Assembly: GCA_963786485.1 (NCBI GenBank)
Contig: CAWAZN010000003.1
Span: forward strand, 46,553-110,552
Length of the DNA: 64,000 nucleotides
Reading direction: 5' to 3'
From: an uncultured Acidobacteriota bacterium
GTDB taxonomy: Bacteria; Acidobacteriota; Terriglobia; Acidiferrales; UBA7541
The stretch's first letter is position 1. The number at the start of each line of letters is the position of its first letter. Shown piece by piece: positions 1 to 9,324 of this stretch. Under the pieces are notes generated by a model, which was given only the letters and a program-made list of their open reading frames with translations, made no database searches and was not told the origin of the DNA. A program made the position numbers and the translations under genes.

Positions 1-195
1 CAAAAGAAATCCGCACTTTCCATTCCAGAAGGCTTGCCATAACATTGTCGTATCGCAATGAAAACAAAACGCCGAATGAGTTCTGAAGCCTTTCAGCTAA
101 AGTGTGTTTCCGAAATGGGCTGCGTACCGCGGCTCGAGAGTAGTTGCTCGTCTTTCTGGATTCACGCCATACGGAGTTTCGCCGGATACCTACCT

Positions 196-1053
196 ATGAC
201 CTTTCTGAGCCGCCCCGTGATGATCTCTCGCAGTCGCAATTTTGGCCGGCATCCGGAGGCCAGATGGGCGCACTCCGCCTTTCGGACGATTCAAGCGTCC
301 ATCGCTTTGCTCGTGATGGTGTTGCTGTTGCATCCCTCGCGGACCTTCGCCGCGACTCCTGAGCTGGACACGGTGCTGACTGGCTCGCGGCAGCGGATTG
401 AGAAGTTGGATTACCGCGTGACCGGGCGACTTACCAAAGTGGAAGGCGATGGCAAACGCACGAACTACAAGTTAGCCGCGAAGGCGCGCTGGTTTCCCGA
501 CGGGCTGCGGGTGTTGAGCGAGCTCACGGCGCCGGGCGGAGAGAAGACGATCCTGCTCGTGCATTTGAGCGATAGCGGGAAGATCACTATCGAGGCGCAG
601 CTTCCTGGGGAGAAAGCCCCCAGCGTGCTGCCATACGAACATTGGAACGACGCACTGGTCGGAACGGATTTCTCGTATGAAGACATGGTAGAGAGCCAGT
701 TTTTCTGGAAGCGGCAGGAACTTTTGGCGCCGGAGAAATACGGCGCGCGGGATTGCTTTGTGCTTAAGAGCACGTCTGGCGCGGCGGAGCGGAGCCACTA
801 CGATACGGTGACGTCGTGGATTGATCGCAAGATCATGTTCCCCGTGCATGTGGTGAAGACGCAGCACGGCGCGGGACCGCAGAAGGATTTTGTTTACTAT
901 GGGTTGCGGGAGGTCGCGGGCGAATGGTCCGCGACGCAGGTGGAGGCGAAGCAGGCGGGCAAGGCGGGGTCGTCGATTATGGTGATCGATCGAGGAACGG
1001 GGAAGGCGCATCTGGCGAAGAAAGATTTTGAGATTGCCGGGGCGACAAAGTAG
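196..1053 (+). CDS. Outer-membrane lipoprotein-sorting (LolA-like) periplasmic protein; start uncertain (ORF open from 58)
   Basis: Signal-like LLVMVLLLHPSRTFA; GTDFSYEDM motif and WID..FPV segment typical of the family; next to an MMPL gene. Confidence 0.7.
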   Translation: MTFLSRPVMISRSRNFGRHPEARWAHSAFRTIQASIALLVMVLLLHPSRTFAATPELDTVLTGSRQRIEKLDYRVTGRLTKVEGDGKRTNYKLAAKARWFPDGLRVLSELTAPGGEKTILLVHLSDSGKITIEAQLPGEKAPSVLPYEHWNDALVGTDFSYEDMVESQFFWKRQELLAPEKYGARDCFVLKSTSGAAERSHYDTVTSWIDRKIMFPVHVVKTQHGAGPQKDFVYYGLREVAGEWSATQVEAKQAGKAGSSIMVIDRGTGKAHLAKKDFEIAGATK

Positions 1054-1119
1054 TTAGCTTTGCTAACTAAGTCGGCTAAACGGGCGCGCCTAAGAAAGCC
1101 CATTGCAAGGCCGAGGGCT

Positions 1120-3504
1120 TTATTGGAGCTGCTCGGTCGTTCGTTGCGACGGAACGAGTTTCTTTTCAGATGTTACCGCTGCCCCGCGTAAGCCGAAGGG
1201 CCACCAATTCCAGTCTCCGGCAAGGTGTAAGAGCGCCGGGCAGACAACGATCCGCACGATGGTGGCGTCAATCAAGACCGCCACGGCAAGAGTAAATCCC
1301 AACATTTGAACGACCAGAAAGCTTCCCACGGTGAATGCGGTGAAGACCGCGATCATGATGGAAGCGGCGCTGGTGATGAGGCCAGCGGTGCGGGCGAGGC
1401 CCTCGATCACGGCGGATCTCTCCGAGAGGCCGCGGCGGCGCTCTTCGAGAACGCGGGCGACCAGGAAGACTTCGTAGTCCATGCTCAAACCGAAGACGAT
1501 GGCAAACGAGAGAATCGGCACGATGGGGTAGACGGTGCCGGTGGGTCCATGGAGGCCGAAGATTTTGCTGCCGTGGCCCTCTTGAAAGACTAGAACTAAG
1601 GCACCAAAGGAAGCGCCGACGGAAAGCAGATTGAGCAGAATGGCTTTGATAGCAGCAAATAGAGAACGTAAGCCGAGCAGAAGCGCCAGCAGGCTGCCCA
1701 ATATCACGCCAACGATTACCCTTGGCAACTGTTCTTTTACGACCGAGTCGTAGTCCGCTTCGAGCGCGGGAACGCCGCCGACACGGAGCACAGCGCCGGG
1801 GACGCCGGTGATGGCAGCGACGTCTGAGGAGCGCACGTCGCGTACCCAGCGCGTCTGCTGGTTGGGCGTAAGGGCCGAGGTGGGGAGCAGCTCAAGCAAA
1901 GTGGCTTGATCATCGTTGCGGATAAAACTTTTGCGGATGGAGTCGGATTCGGCTATGTCGTTGACGGCATCCGGAGAGTCGGCCATGCCGGTGAGGGTCG
2001 GGAGAGATAGAACTTCTTGGGCGCGAGGATCGTCCTGAAAGTGCTTCGTCAGGCGACTGACGGCTTGCCAGCCGGCCGGGCTGAGCGGCTTAGATTCCGG
2101 CGGCAGCTCCAAGACCACGCGGAGGGATTGAACGATGCCGGAACGTCCCATGGCTTGCAGCGTGTGCAGCGCATGCACGGACTCGGCGGCCGCGGGAAAC
2201 GAGTCATGGTCAGGAATGCCGGGGGAGATTCTTCGTGCCTGATAGGCGAGCAGAAGCAATGGAATGCCGGCGATAAGCAGAGAGGCCCATGGGCGGCGGG
2301 TGGTCATCTTGCCCCAGCGCACCCATCGCTCGCTAGCTGCGCAAGCGTCCTGGGTCTTGGATCGTTTGTCTGGAAGACGCAGCCTGGCGACGTTGATGCG
2401 ATGGCCGACCAGACTTAGCACCCAAGGCAGAATAAAGGTGCACAACATGACGCTTAGAACGGTGACCAGCAGGCCAGCAATACCGATGGAGCGCAATTCG
2501 CTGATGGGCACAGTCAGCAGCGCGGAAAATCCGATGGCGACCGTCGTGGCCGAGATTAAGAGCGTTTTCCCCGCTTGCTCGGCAGCAATATCGGCGGCGC
2601 AGCCGGGAGAACATCCCTCGGTCAATGCTTCGCGAAACCGGCTGACCATCAGCAATGCGTAATCGATGCCCAAGCCAAGGCCTAGCATGGTTACCAAATT
2701 TTGTACGAGAATCGACAGGTGGAGATGATTTGCAAGCAGGGCAGCCGCACCCAGCGCCATCGAGATGGAGAGTATTCCAACTCCCAGCGGCAACAGTGCC
2801 GCCACAATGCTGCCGAAAGCGATGAGCAGCAGCACGAGAGTCACCGGCATCGCGCGTTCCTCGGCACGCCTGACGTCTTCCGCGCTGATCTTGCGAAGGT
2901 CGAAGTTCAGCGGCGTCTCGCCGGTGATCTCCAATTTGATATCGGGGTATTGCGACTTAAGCTGACCTGCCATCCAGTCTGTCTTGGCCCTCAGATCGGG
3001 AACCAACTTTTCGTAGTTATCGTTGTGCGGGTCTAGCCCGAAGATGATCAAGGCGCCGCCGTTGTCCCCAGTGAATAGGGGATCTGGCCAATCGATATTC
3101 GAGACGGCTCCAGACACACCCGGCACACTGCGCAACGAACTGGTTAAGAAACCCAATGCGTCTGCACCTTTAGCGGAATCCGGATCGGGCATGCCGCTGA
3201 TCACCAGAACCAGGCGACGGGCGTACGGAGACTGGAAACGTTGCGCCAGTTCCACGTCAACTTTTTCGGATTCTCCGTCCTTGATGTGAACAGCTGTCTC
3301 CAGGCGACGTTCGACCTTGTAGGAAAAGGGGACCAGCGCAAGCGCCATGGCAAATCCCGCCATCGCCAACCAGAATCGGCGGCCAGCGGCACCACGGCCA
3401 TTCTTCAAACTTGGGCTTACCATGAAAGAGCCACGCCGTTTCCTGGGTCGTCTGAGAGCAATGAAACGCCTCCTTGATCGGCAACATCCATGATATCGGG
3501 TCAT
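1120..3504 (-). CDS. MMPL (RND superfamily) transporter; start may be 3423
   Basis: GLGIDYALLMVSRFRE and FGLSMDYEVFL motifs; two bundles of TM helices. Confidence 0.92.
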   Translation of the reverse strand: MTRYHGCCRSRRRFIALRRPRKRRGSFMVSPSLKNGRGAAGRRFWLAMAGFAMALALVPFSYKVERRLETAVHIKDGESEKVDVELAQRFQSPYARRLVLVISGMPDPDSAKGADALGFLTSSLRSVPGVSGAVSNIDWPDPLFTGDNGGALIIFGLDPHNDNYEKLVPDLRAKTDWMAGQLKSQYPDIKLEITGETPLNFDLRKISAEDVRRAEERAMPVTLVLLLIAFGSIVAALLPLGVGILSISMALGAAALLANHLHLSILVQNLVTMLGLGLGIDYALLMVSRFREALTEGCSPGCAADIAAEQAGKTLLISATTVAIGFSALLTVPISELRSIGIAGLLVTVLSVMLCTFILPWVLSLVGHRINVARLRLPDKRSKTQDACAASERWVRWGKMTTRRPWASLLIAGIPLLLLAYQARRISPGIPDHDSFPAAAESVHALHTLQAMGRSGIVQSLRVVLELPPESKPLSPAGWQAVSRLTKHFQDDPRAQEVLSLPTLTGMADSPDAVNDIAESDSIRKSFIRNDDQATLLELLPTSALTPNQQTRWVRDVRSSDVAAITGVPGAVLRVGGVPALEADYDSVVKEQLPRVIVGVILGSLLALLLGLRSLFAAIKAILLNLLSVGASFGALVLVFQEGHGSKIFGLHGPTGTVYPIVPILSFAIVFGLSMDYEVFLVARVLEERRRGLSERSAVIEGLARTAGLITSAASIMIAVFTAFTVGSFLVVQMLGFTLAVAVLIDATIVRIVVCPALLHLAGDWNWWPFGLRGAAVTSEKKLVPSQRTTEQLQ

Positions 3505-3607
3505 GCCGGATATTCACTAAGGTTTGGCCTTGATTTTAGCTAAGGGATAAACGCGCTGCCGGCCAGCAACCGAACCATTCCAGGGCGGCAACTGGAACTA
3601 GTCGCGG

Positions 3608-3684
3608 ACTCCCGGCAAACGGGCTTACCGAAAAGATGAAGTTCTAGTACGACACTTGCGTGATAACGCGATTAATTAAGGACT
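3608..3684. repeat. Degenerate inverted pair of 28-bp dif-like sites
   Basis: ACTCCCGGCAA-ACGGGC-TTACCGAAAAG at 3608 and an inverted copy at 3656-3684 after a 20-bp gap, same geometry as the pairs at 18017 and 57458. Confidence 0.55.
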
Positions 3685-3850
3685 TAGCCAGATCTACGCG
3701 AGGAAACAGCTCGATTACTCGCGGACGCTGCCCGCAGACGAAACCATCGTCGAGACTGCTGCGGTGATATGACAACTCAGCTTTCGATACGGTTAGGCTA
3801 ATCGAAATAGCCCTCTGTGCTGACGCAGGAATGCCTGGTCGCGGCGCTAA

Positions 3851-5299
3851 CTAGAAGCGGTAGGTTATCTCGGTAAAGCCCAGGGCGCCGTTGGAGTTCA
3901 CGGTATAAATTTTCTTGATTACGTCGCCGCCTTGCGCCCAGCCGAAGTAGAGGCCGAAGGCCAGACCGTATTTCCATTTGTAGTCGGCGCTGATGTCGTA
4001 GAGATTCGCGAGCTTCGTGTTGCCTCCCGACGGACGTCCGCTGAAACCGAAGGTCCAAGGCTGGAAGGCGCCACCACCGGTATACCAAAGATCGCTTTTG
4101 TTGCTCAGCCACAGGCCGTGGACGTCGCTGCGAATAATCAGCTTCTTCGTCGGCCGCAGCATCACTTCGCCAAAAGCGTCTGTGTTGTTCATGGAGTTGA
4201 AAAATGGAAAGCGCGCATACACGCGCGGCGTCGGCAGAATCGCGAAGAATGTGCCGTGCGTACCGTCGTTGGGATTACCATCGCCACTCGAATAATAGTA
4301 ACCGCCGCGGAACCACGGCCTCACGCGTTCCCAAAACGTGGGCTGCCACCCGCCTTCAATGGCGCCTGCGCCGGATCGTTGCGTCAAAAATCCCCACTGG
4401 CCGCTTTGCAACGCGCCCCACGCGAGAAAGTCGAAGGATCCGTGCGGCGTCGGCGCGTCAAGAATGAAGTGTCCGCCGTAGGTGCCAATGTTGATGCCGC
4501 CGAAATCACCGGCTTTGGCGGGGGCAGGCCGATTGTCCGTTTTTACAAGGGGGCGATCGTCGTTGTAGTAGATCCCGAAGGCACGCCATTCTGCTTTGGC
4601 TTCACCTATGCCCGCCTGACGAGTTACGGCGACGTAGGTGACCGGCGTTTTCACCCAGCCCCAACCGTCAACCTGGAAAACGCCGCGCGTTGGCATGGTG
4701 CTCAGAGCGGTGACCGTCCAGGGTCCGTTGCTGTAGAGATATTGCAGGCCGTCGAGACTGCGCTGCACGTCGGAGAATCCGAAATTGCCGATCAGACGCT
4801 GGCCGATGCGATCGGCTTTGAGAGAAGCAAGAGTCGGGTCTTTCGGGGTGACTTCGCTTCCGTCGGTGAATTCCATGCGGCCTGCGCGCAGGCTGGAGTG
4901 CGCTCCCTTGAATCGAAAGAATGCCTGCTTCGGAAAGATGAAGGCGCTGTTGCGATTGTTGTCGTTGGCAGCGAAATAGGAGCCGCCCAAACCGTACTGA
5001 CCTAGTGGCGGGGGATTTACCGCATGATCGGGAATACCGAGAAGGATAGGCGCTTCAAATTCGAGGAGCCAGTCGAAGTGCTCCTTCTTTTGCGAGAAAC
5101 CAAAACGAACCACGGTGCCGGAGTAGCCGTAGAGATTGTTTCCCGTTGGGGCCTCGAACCAGTTCCAAGCTTCGTACCGCTCCCGAATGTTTCCGGAGAA
5201 GGTGACGTCGCCGATTTGTAGCGGCGGCGGGCTCGGCTCTTGCGCGGCGAGGCACGTCGCCAGCGTTAGAAGCAATATGGAAAAGTACAAACTTTTCAC
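3851..5299 (-). CDS. Alginate-export-family outer-membrane beta-barrel
   Basis: GTG start after AGGAGAG; signal peptide; RERYE N-terminal strand, SGDGNPNDG motif, C-terminal YRF. Confidence 0.75.
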   Translation of the reverse strand: MKSLYFSILLLTLATCLAAQEPSPPPLQIGDVTFSGNIRERYEAWNWFEAPTGNNLYGYSGTVVRFGFSQKKEHFDWLLEFEAPILLGIPDHAVNPPPLGQYGLGGSYFAANDNNRNSAFIFPKQAFFRFKGAHSSLRAGRMEFTDGSEVTPKDPTLASLKADRIGQRLIGNFGFSDVQRSLDGLQYLYSNGPWTVTALSTMPTRGVFQVDGWGWVKTPVTYVAVTRQAGIGEAKAEWRAFGIYYNDDRPLVKTDNRPAPAKAGDFGGINIGTYGGHFILDAPTPHGSFDFLAWGALQSGQWGFLTQRSGAGAIEGGWQPTFWERVRPWFRGGYYYSSGDGNPNDGTHGTFFAILPTPRVYARFPFFNSMNNTDAFGEVMLRPTKKLIIRSDVHGLWLSNKSDLWYTGGGAFQPWTFGFSGRPSGGNTKLANLYDISADYKWKYGLAFGLYFGWAQGGDVIKKIYTVNSNGALGFTEITYRF

Positions 5300-5485
5300 A
5301 GAATCTCTCCTACGAGTAGAGTTCGGCTCATCTCGACGAAACTGGTCGTTCGGGAACTGTTTAGAAAGCACACCAGGAAAATTTGACGTTATTTTATTGA
5401 GGACGCGGCGACACGCAATAACCGAAAAGCACTAGCGAGGAAAAACACAGCGGATTTACGACGAAGCAAAGAGGGCTATTGAGAA

Positions 5486-5532
5486 GCGGGCTCAGATGAC
5501 TCCAAGGAGAAACAAGAATCATGTGAGCCCGC
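5486..5532 (-). terminator. Long stem-loop downstream of the heptad-peptide gene (terminator or mRNA stabiliser)
   Basis: GCGGGCTCAGATGACTC ... GAATCATGTGAGCCCGC imperfect inverted repeat. Confidence 0.5.
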
Positions 5533-5571
5533 CTTCGACAGTCGCAGGCAATCGCAGGTTATATCGGACAA

Positions 5572-5763
5572 TTATTTTAGTTTCGACAGAATTTTCTTTT
5601 GGTTGGCAACAATGGTGTTGAGCGTGGCTTGATTCTTGAGAATCGCAGCCTGGTTCTTTTTGATTGTCGCCTGATTCGTCTTGATCGCGGACTGATTGGA
5701 AAGAATGGCCTTCTGGTTCGCTAGAATTCGCTGCTGGTTTGCAATGACGTTCCTGTCAGACAT
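5572..5763 (-). CDS. 63-aa heptad-repeat (IxxNQxx) coiled-coil peptide
   Basis: G-rich RBS (GAAGGGGGG) 6 nt before ATG; seven NQ dipeptides, mostly at 7-residue spacing. Confidence 0.75.
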   Translation of the reverse strand: MSDRNVIANQQRILANQKAILSNQSAIKTNQATIKKNQAAILKNQATLNTIVANQKKILSKLK

Positions 5764-6024
5764 GCGTAACCCCCCTTCAGTTGTAAGTTCCCGTTCTCAG
5801 GAGAAAAAAGATTGGAACAAAAGTTTGGAACAAAGGTTCGCAAGGCATTCTGGGTGTGCCACCTGCTCGCGTCAATAGTATTGTTATCCCAAGCGAGCTC
5901 GGCCCCGAAATCGATCTAATACAAATGTATTATTGCCGCTAAGGCGCTGGTAGTAGACCATTTCACCCAACCAAGGTGACACCGCTGCGGTTTGCGGGTT
6001 CCATTTCCCGGGAGGTAGCTCCTC

Positions 6025-6642
6025 ATGGCCGTTTCCACTCCTGCAATACACGGCGCCGCTCATTTGTCGGCGACCTCCGGCTCGAGTTTTTACGACAAGC
6101 TGAACTCGGTGTGGCATGAACGGGCCCTGCAGATTTTTATGGCCATTGTGCTGGCGCACTGGGGCGAACATCTCGTGCAGGCCTATCAAATTTACGTGAT
6201 GAACTGGCCGCGCCCGAAGGCCAACGGGATTTTGGGGCTGTGGTATCCCTGGCTGATCAAGTCCGAAGTTCTGCACTACGGCTACGCACTGGTGATGCTG
6301 GTGGGAATCTGGATTTTGCGGAAGGGTTTTGTCGGCCGGTCGCGCACGTGGTGGACTATCGCGCTGGTCATTCAATTCTGGCATCACGTTGAGCATTTCC
6401 TGCTGATTACGCAGGCGACGATCCATCACAATTTTTGGAACAAGCCGGTACCGTGTAGCGTCCTGCAGTTGTTTTTCCCGCGCGTCGAACTGCATCTTTT
6501 CTACAACACGGTCGTTTTCATTCCGATGGTCATCGGAATGTACTACCACATGTTTCCGCCGCAGGGTGAAGAGGGCCTTTCCGTTTGCACATGCGAATGG
6601 GACAAACGCGAAAAGCCCGTCACTGCCAACGCTGCCGCCTGA
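6025..6642 (+). CDS. Membrane protein with His motifs (HWGEH, HHVEH, ELH); possible metal or heme binder
   Basis: RBS GGAGG; about four hydrophobic helices carrying His clusters. Confidence 0.7.
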   Translation: MAVSTPAIHGAAHLSATSGSSFYDKLNSVWHERALQIFMAIVLAHWGEHLVQAYQIYVMNWPRPKANGILGLWYPWLIKSEVLHYGYALVMLVGIWILRKGFVGRSRTWWTIALVIQFWHHVEHFLLITQATIHHNFWNKPVPCSVLQLFFPRVELHLFYNTVVFIPMVIGMYYHMFPPQGEEGLSVCTCEWDKREKPVTANAAA

Positions 6643-6695
6643 CGCAGTTCGCGCCGGGCGACGACTCGATGCTTCCGCTGTTCTAAGGGTGAGTT

Positions 6696-7107
6696 GTGTG
6701 GGCGTTTCTTAAAGGAAAGCACGGGCTGCTGTTTGTTGCGATGCTGGCCTTCGCAATTTTTCTCGCGCAGGGCTGCTCCAAGTCTTCCAGAGCCGCAGAC
6801 GATGTGAGCTTCGTTCTCGCGAGTGACCCGAAACCACCGCACGTCGGCCGCGACACTTTTATAGTGAGTTTGACTGGCCGGGCCGGCCAAGCCTATCCCC
6901 GGCGCTCAAGTGTCCCTTGAGGGCGATATGTCCCATCCCGGCATGGGCCCTGCTTTCGCAGACGCCAAAGAGATCGCGGCTGGAAAATACCAGGCCCAGC
7001 TCGATTTAAGTATGCTGGGCGACTGGACGGTCATCGCTCATATAAAGCTGCCGAACGGCCGCGCCTTTGACCGCGAAACAAAAATTCCGAACGTGCAGCC
7101 GAACTGA
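6696..7107 (+). CDS. FixH/YtkA-like lipoprotein, frameshifted near 6900
   Basis: Lipobox-like LAQGC in the first ORF; EGDMSHPGM, GKY and GDW motifs in the second ORF. Confidence 0.7.
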
Positions 7108-8629
7108 GCCGTTGCTTACACCCTCTAACAATTCGCCCGGAGCCGCACTCGCGAGCCCTCGTTTCGATTTGTTACGGGCCCCGTTCATCGGCGACTTCCT
7201 CCGCTGGCGTCACTCGCGCACGGCTCTGCAAATCCCGATATTCCTCATCGCCGCGGTCATGATCGTGGACGGCTTCTTTGGCCCCAGCCTCGCTCCAAAA
7301 AATCTAGCTACAGTTCTCACCTGGGTTCACTTTCGCGGAGCGTTGGTTCTCGTTCTCTTGTGTGCCGGCAATTTTTTCTGCCTGGCTTGTCCTTTCATGC
7401 TCGTGCGCAACGCCGCGCGGCGCCTCTTCCGTCCGCGCTTCAACTGGCCCGAACCCCTGCGCAACAAATGGCTCTCTGTCGCTCTCTTCGTCGGCGTGCT
7501 TTTCGCCTACGAACTTTTCGACCTTTGGTCCTCTCCCTGGTGGACCGCCGCCCTCGCCCTCGCCTATTTCGTCGCCGTCCTCGTGATCGACGGGCTCTTC
7601 AAACACGCCGCCTTCTGCAAGTTCGTCTGTCCCATCGGACAATTCAATTTCATCGCTTCCACGCTTTCTCCCCTTGAGGTCGCCGTTCGCGACCACGCCG
7701 TCTGCGACCGCTGCAAGACCAAAGATTGCATCCGCGGCCAACGCGCCCCGATTTCCCAACACTCTTCCTCGCCCGCAAATCTCGCAAACGCTGCGCAACA
7801 ACCTTTCACCATTCTCCAGCGCGGCTGCGAACTAGCCCTCTACCAGCCCCGCAAAGTCGGCAACATGGACTGCACCTTCTGCCTCGATTGCGTCCACGCC
7901 TGCCCGCATGACAACGTCGGCGTCACCACCCGCGAAGCCGCCTCCGAACTCCTCAGCGACCCCTACCGCTCCGGCGTCGGACACTTCTCCCGCCGCAAAG
8001 ACATCGTCGCCCTCATCATCGTCTTCACCTTCGGCGCCCTGCTCAACGCTTTCGGCATGGTCAGCCCGGTTTACGCTCTCGAAGCTTGGCTTGCAAGATT
8101 GCTAGGCGGCATAACTCACGAAGCTCCCGTGCTGGCCATTATTTTCGCCACCTTCCTGGTCGTCGAACCAGCCCTCCTCATCACCGGAGCCGCCTGGCTC
8201 ACCAATGCATTAAGCTCTCGCAAACAAAAATTACTCCCGCAAGCCGTCCGTTATAGTTATGCGTTAATTCCGCTGGGCCTCGGCATGTGGCTGGCCCATT
8301 ACGGCTTCCACTTCTTCACCGGGATTCTCACCATCGTTCCCGTAACCCAAACCGCGCTCGCCAGCATAAATATTCATCTCCTCGGCGCGCCTCATTGGAC
8401 CTGGACCGGCCTACCCGTTCGCATCGTTCGGCCCATCGAAATCACTTTTCTGGCCATGGGCTTTGCGGGATCGCTTTTCCTTGCACATCAATTCGCGGAA
8501 GAAGACAACGCCGCCCACCCGCTGCGCGTGTTCCTGCCGTGGGCCGCTGTCTGCCTGATAATTTGCGTGGCGTCCGTCTGGTTGATGTTCCTGCCCATGG
8601 AAATGCGCGCCACTCTGATCGGTGGCTAA
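7067..8629 (+). CDS. 4Fe-4S polyferredoxin-type membrane protein (NapH/NosR/FixG-like)
   Basis: FFCLACP, FCKFVCPIG and CTFCLDCVHACP motifs; many TM helices. Confidence 0.85.
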   Translation: MTAKQKFRTCSRTEPLLTPSNNSPGAALASPRFDLLRAPFIGDFLRWRHSRTALQIPIFLIAAVMIVDGFFGPSLAPKNLATVLTWVHFRGALVLVLLCAGNFFCLACPFMLVRNAARRLFRPRFNWPEPLRNKWLSVALFVGVLFAYELFDLWSSPWWTAALALAYFVAVLVIDGLFKHAAFCKFVCPIGQFNFIASTLSPLEVAVRDHAVCDRCKTKDCIRGQRAPISQHSSSPANLANAAQQPFTILQRGCELALYQPRKVGNMDCTFCLDCVHACPHDNVGVTTREAASELLSDPYRSGVGHFSRRKDIVALIIVFTFGALLNAFGMVSPVYALEAWLARLLGGITHEAPVLAIIFATFLVVEPALLITGAAWLTNALSSRKQKLLPQAVRYSYALIPLGLGMWLAHYGFHFFTGILTIVPVTQTALASINIHLLGAPHWTWTGLPVRIVRPIEITFLAMGFAGSLFLAHQFAEEDNAAHPLRVFLPWAAVCLIICVASVWLMFLPMEMRATLIGG

Positions 8630-8639
8630 TTAAGGATGG

Positions 8640-9245
8640 GTGGCTGATACGAATGGGCGGCCGATAAAATTTATGAACGTACTGATATCAAGAAAATTCA
8701 GAATCGCTCGCCACGCCGGACGGGCTGCATGGTTTTCCATCGTGCTGCTACTTCTGTTCGTCGCGCCCGCGAACGCTCACAATGGCCCACCGTTTCCCAT
8801 CATCACCGACCAGCACATCGGCCCGTGCATCGTGTCCCTGTGGATCCACCCAGACATCGGCACCTCGCCGATCTTCATCCTGGTTGATGCTGCGCCCGGC
8901 GGCACGATTCCCAAAGACCTAAAAATGCAAGTTGGCGTCCAACCGGTCAGCAATCGCCTCGCCGAAGTGATCTATCCCACCACGATTGCGGACGAGCGTG
9001 GCCAGCTCGAATACAAGACTAACGTCGAATTCGATCAGCAGGAATTCTGGAAGGTCCGTCTGATTCTGGCGAGTTCCGCCGGCGGCGGGGAATCCACCGC
9101 GCAAGTCGAAGCCACGCCGTACGGCTATGGCCGCTGGGATTTGCTGCTATTCGCGTTGCCATTTCTCGCCGTAGCTTTTCTGTTTTTGAACGGCGTCGCT
9201 AAACGGCGCCGCTTGCGAAAACTTCGCATGCAGCAGGCGGCCTAA
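8640..9245 (+). CDS. Exported, membrane-anchored hypothetical protein
   Basis: Signal peptide ending ANA-HNGPP (N-terminal His after cleavage); C-terminal TM helix plus basic tail. Confidence 0.7.
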   Translation: MADTNGRPIKFMNVLISRKFRIARHAGRAAWFSIVLLLLFVAPANAHNGPPFPIITDQHIGPCIVSLWIHPDIGTSPIFILVDAAPGGTIPKDLKMQVGVQPVSNRLAEVIYPTTIADERGQLEYKTNVEFDQQEFWKVRLILASSAGGGESTAQVEATPYGYGRWDLLLFALPFLAVAFLFLNGVAKRRRLRKLRMQQAA

Positions 9246-9324
9246 TCTTTTGCGGTCACGTATTCGCCGTGAGAAACTGTCAGCACTGGGTGGGTCACGT
9301 TTCTCTCGTGACAAAAGGGGTTTG

